A stretch of DNA of 64,000 nt, taken from NCBI GenBank assembly GCA_963693365.1, contig CAVNZM010000005.1, positions 1,488,001-1,552,000 on the forward strand. Reading direction: 5' to 3'. Of this stretch, positions 58,266-64,000 are shown in pieces. Every line of letters starts with the position of its first letter. Position 1 is the stretch's first letter. A program made the translations under genes and the position numbers. The notes below the pieces were generated by a model, which saw only the letters and a program-made list of their open reading frames with translations, searched no databases and had not been told where the DNA came from. The DNA is from Amoebidium appalachense (taxonomy: Eukaryota > Protista > Ichthyosporea).

Positions 58266-60386
58266 CCTCCCCTCACCGTCGAAGGGATGCAAACACCTAT
58301 CCCCACTGGGGGCCGCACTATGTACACTAGCAGGAACTTGGTAGCTGCATGCTCCCCACTTTAATATGTGGCGTGGTGCTCTTCTGTTGCAGTACTGCTT
58401 GAACACCTACGTGTATGCTATCGTTTATGGCTCCTTCCTGTCCTCACTAGTAGTGAGAGATTTGTTTGAAAAAGACGAGGAAGATAGTGCGATTTTTTAA
58501 AGTCCGATGCTTGCGGTGTGTTTTTCAACACTAGAGATCTTATATGTGACTACGTTTATTATTGCCCTGCTCAATGGTCCTAATGCTTTTGATTAACGTG
58601 TGCTATCCGTCCTGAAACCCTACTGAGCTTGGGTGGACTTGGGCTTCACCTGCCCGCGTGAGTGAAGCTATGGTGTTGTTGTTAAATCTGACACCTTTAC
58701 TCTACTAACAACGTTCTAATATTTGTCCTTTCCCAGCTTTAGGTTTGTGTGTGCGTATATGTAACTGTATCGCGCTAGCATAAAGACGGTGTACTCAGTT
58801 CAGGGAAAGTAAACGGAAGGGAACCGTGACGAAGGACCGTAAGAGAGAAGTATCATGTGCACGGCGAGCGTGTACGCTCGAAACGAAATGTTCTGAGGTT
58901 CTCCCCTGACTCTGAATGGTATTTACTCACGGCTGCCAGGCATACCGCGGGAGGTGGGTAAAATGCATTAACGCTGACCCCTTGGCCCTGAGGCCGAGGA
59001 TCATGATACGTGGCTTTAACTCAATAAAAATTCTCCACAAACAAATAAAAATACACATATAAACACAAATCAATATTTCATCACCAAAAACCGAACTCTG
59101 TAAGTGTGTTTTGGTAGTATATTTACAAAGGGTCGAACAGTTGACGAACACGATCATAAAATTTTTCTATGCCCTCTTACTTGAAGTTGTGGATGAGTCG
59201 GATCACACCCTGGCATAATCTTTCCCCTCCAGCAAGTCCAACATGAGAAATGGTGTTCTATTCATACCTCTAATGACCATAGAAGAACCGAAAGCTTCTT
59301 CTGTTTAGTTTGGCTGGGGCGTCGAAGCCTTTACGGCTGGTATTTACTTTTGTCCGGCCGATACCGCACAGATAATTTCCAACCGCAAGTAAGATCCATT
59401 TGAATTCCTCGATATATTTGAAATCTGTGCACCAATTAAAATAATTTAAATTGTAAAAACGTTTAGCGAATGAGACACAATATGCGTGATAGTTAACAAA
59501 TGAACATCTGTAATTAATTCACCTAACCTTTGATTCGACTAAATATTTGAATACAGATTTTCTCATTGGTTTTTGTTCTATTATTTAAAACTATTCTGAC
59601 CAGGCAATCAACCAATCGCCTTATTGAAACACCTCCGCTTTTATCCACCGTTGCGTGCAGACCAGCGCCAAGCTTGAGATTGTCACCCTCGTGACATCTA
59701 CGATGATAGACAGAGGCTGAGAGGGCCCCGTGTGTGCAGCTTTTTCTTTTTATGACTCCGTGGTGCCTAGAGTTCTGAAGATATGAATAATATAGGAAGG
59801 AACTTTGCAACCATAATACAATACATGTCCACTCAAGCAAAGCTTTTGACTAATGACTGGAACGTGGCTCTCCCACCCAAACTGACTGGAACTTACGTAG
59901 TCCTTTGACCCGTATCTCTCAGGGGTTTTCGCTGTTTACTCGAGGCAAAGAGAGGGGAACGACCCGAACTTACACATACAGTGCTAGTTAAGTTAAGCCC
60001 AATAGTATACACCGTATGGTTCCAAAATAAGGCACAGCGTTAAACTTAGTTTATCTGAACCTTTTCTAAAATTTGGGCCCATATGTAAGGCTTAGCGCAG
60101 ATCTCGGTTTGAGGCAGATGAGTTTAAATCCGTGAAACCAACACCTCGAACGAAGCACGAACATCAAATTAGCTTTGCAACGGCCCCTGATCAGACGAAT
60201 TCGTGCGCGAGGACGTATATTTACACATGTGCAAAGCATCTTTAAAAAAAAAGTAACTCTGACACAGTACATACAGGCACGCAGGCACACAGTCGCTTAC
60301 TCACACAGACACATTCACCAACCATAACTGCACGCTGTGGCGTGCAGGCGCACAGCTCTGCGCACTGTTAGCACGCACACGCAACC

Positions 60387-63287
<2,901 letters not shown>

Positions 63288-64000
63288 GTACCAATCCCCA
63301 TTCCCCCCCCCCCCCCCCCTCTTCCCCCCCTCCAAAAAAAAAACAAAAAAAACGGAAGAGCCTGAATCGCACATCCGTAGACCTGCCCACACACACCTTA
63401 TCCCCCCCCCCCCCCCCCCCCCCCCCCACACGCACGCACACAGACCAAAAAGAAAGAAAGAAAGAAAGAAAGAAAGAAAAACTCATTCCCCCGGGCACAA
63501 GGCTTTCACTCGTTGTCTTCATTTCCTTCGGTTTCTATTGCATCTTCAGAGGCTGGAGAATAACTGTGCACAAAATGCACCAATGGTTTCCATCGATTTA
63601 CACCCCTTTTGGTGAAGTAGAGGGAGCTAAGACGTGACACACAAAATACTTGTATTTTGCTCAGTAATATGTCGATACATGTTGGCCAATTTCCCTAAGG
63701 GGACGTATTGTATGCAAAACTTCACCCAGAGCTGTGGGTGTTGCCGGATGCACATGAGCAGTGCTCTTATCATTTTGATGGCCCCATTAGCAAACACAGG
63801 GTCTTTTCCTTCACTTATATGTATGATCCACGGGCACCTAACTGCTTTGTGTTTGCTAACGTCTGTTTCTGCAATATCTGTTGCCGTTTTCAGGCCCAGG
63901 TACTGATATCGGCACTTCTCAAATAGCGGGCAGCAGAAAGAATGGTCCTGGCTGTCCATTCACAAATAATGTTTTCCTTTTTTGTCGGCAGGAGCAAACG

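Overview
Eukaryotic, very intron-dense DNA, probably from a protist (the taxon cannot be fixed from sequence alone). Introns are saturated with C/G homopolymers and (CA)n/(TG)n microsatellites, so nearly all ORFs in the supplied track are artefacts. Manual splicing gives five genes: (1) a weak minus-strand gene fragment at about 309-2121; (2) a 14-exon mitochondrial glutamate dehydrogenase (+, 6912-13896, about 508 aa) with a short antenna; (3) a 4-exon CPYC glutaredoxin (-, 15721-18182, 100 aa); (4) a giant secreted or surface protein of about 62 exons and 3,350 aa (-, 21027-58265), comprising a signal peptide, three bacterial-looking H-lectin-like repeats, about 48 EGF/cbEGF modules, a recurring A-B-A-A Cys-rich cassette, a Pro/Thr stalk and a hydrophobic C-terminus, nearly all on phase 1-1 exons; (5) the start of a divergent secreted-protein gene (+, from 60387). 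The most notable signals are 3' splice sites preceded by (CA)n or poly-A instead of a U-rich tract (one apparently a CG acceptor), a four-copy intronic repeat that is always host-sense and C-tailed, a 32-bp-TIR MITE and a Helentron-like insertion. All gene models are manual and untested, and homopolymer lengths may contain assembly errors.
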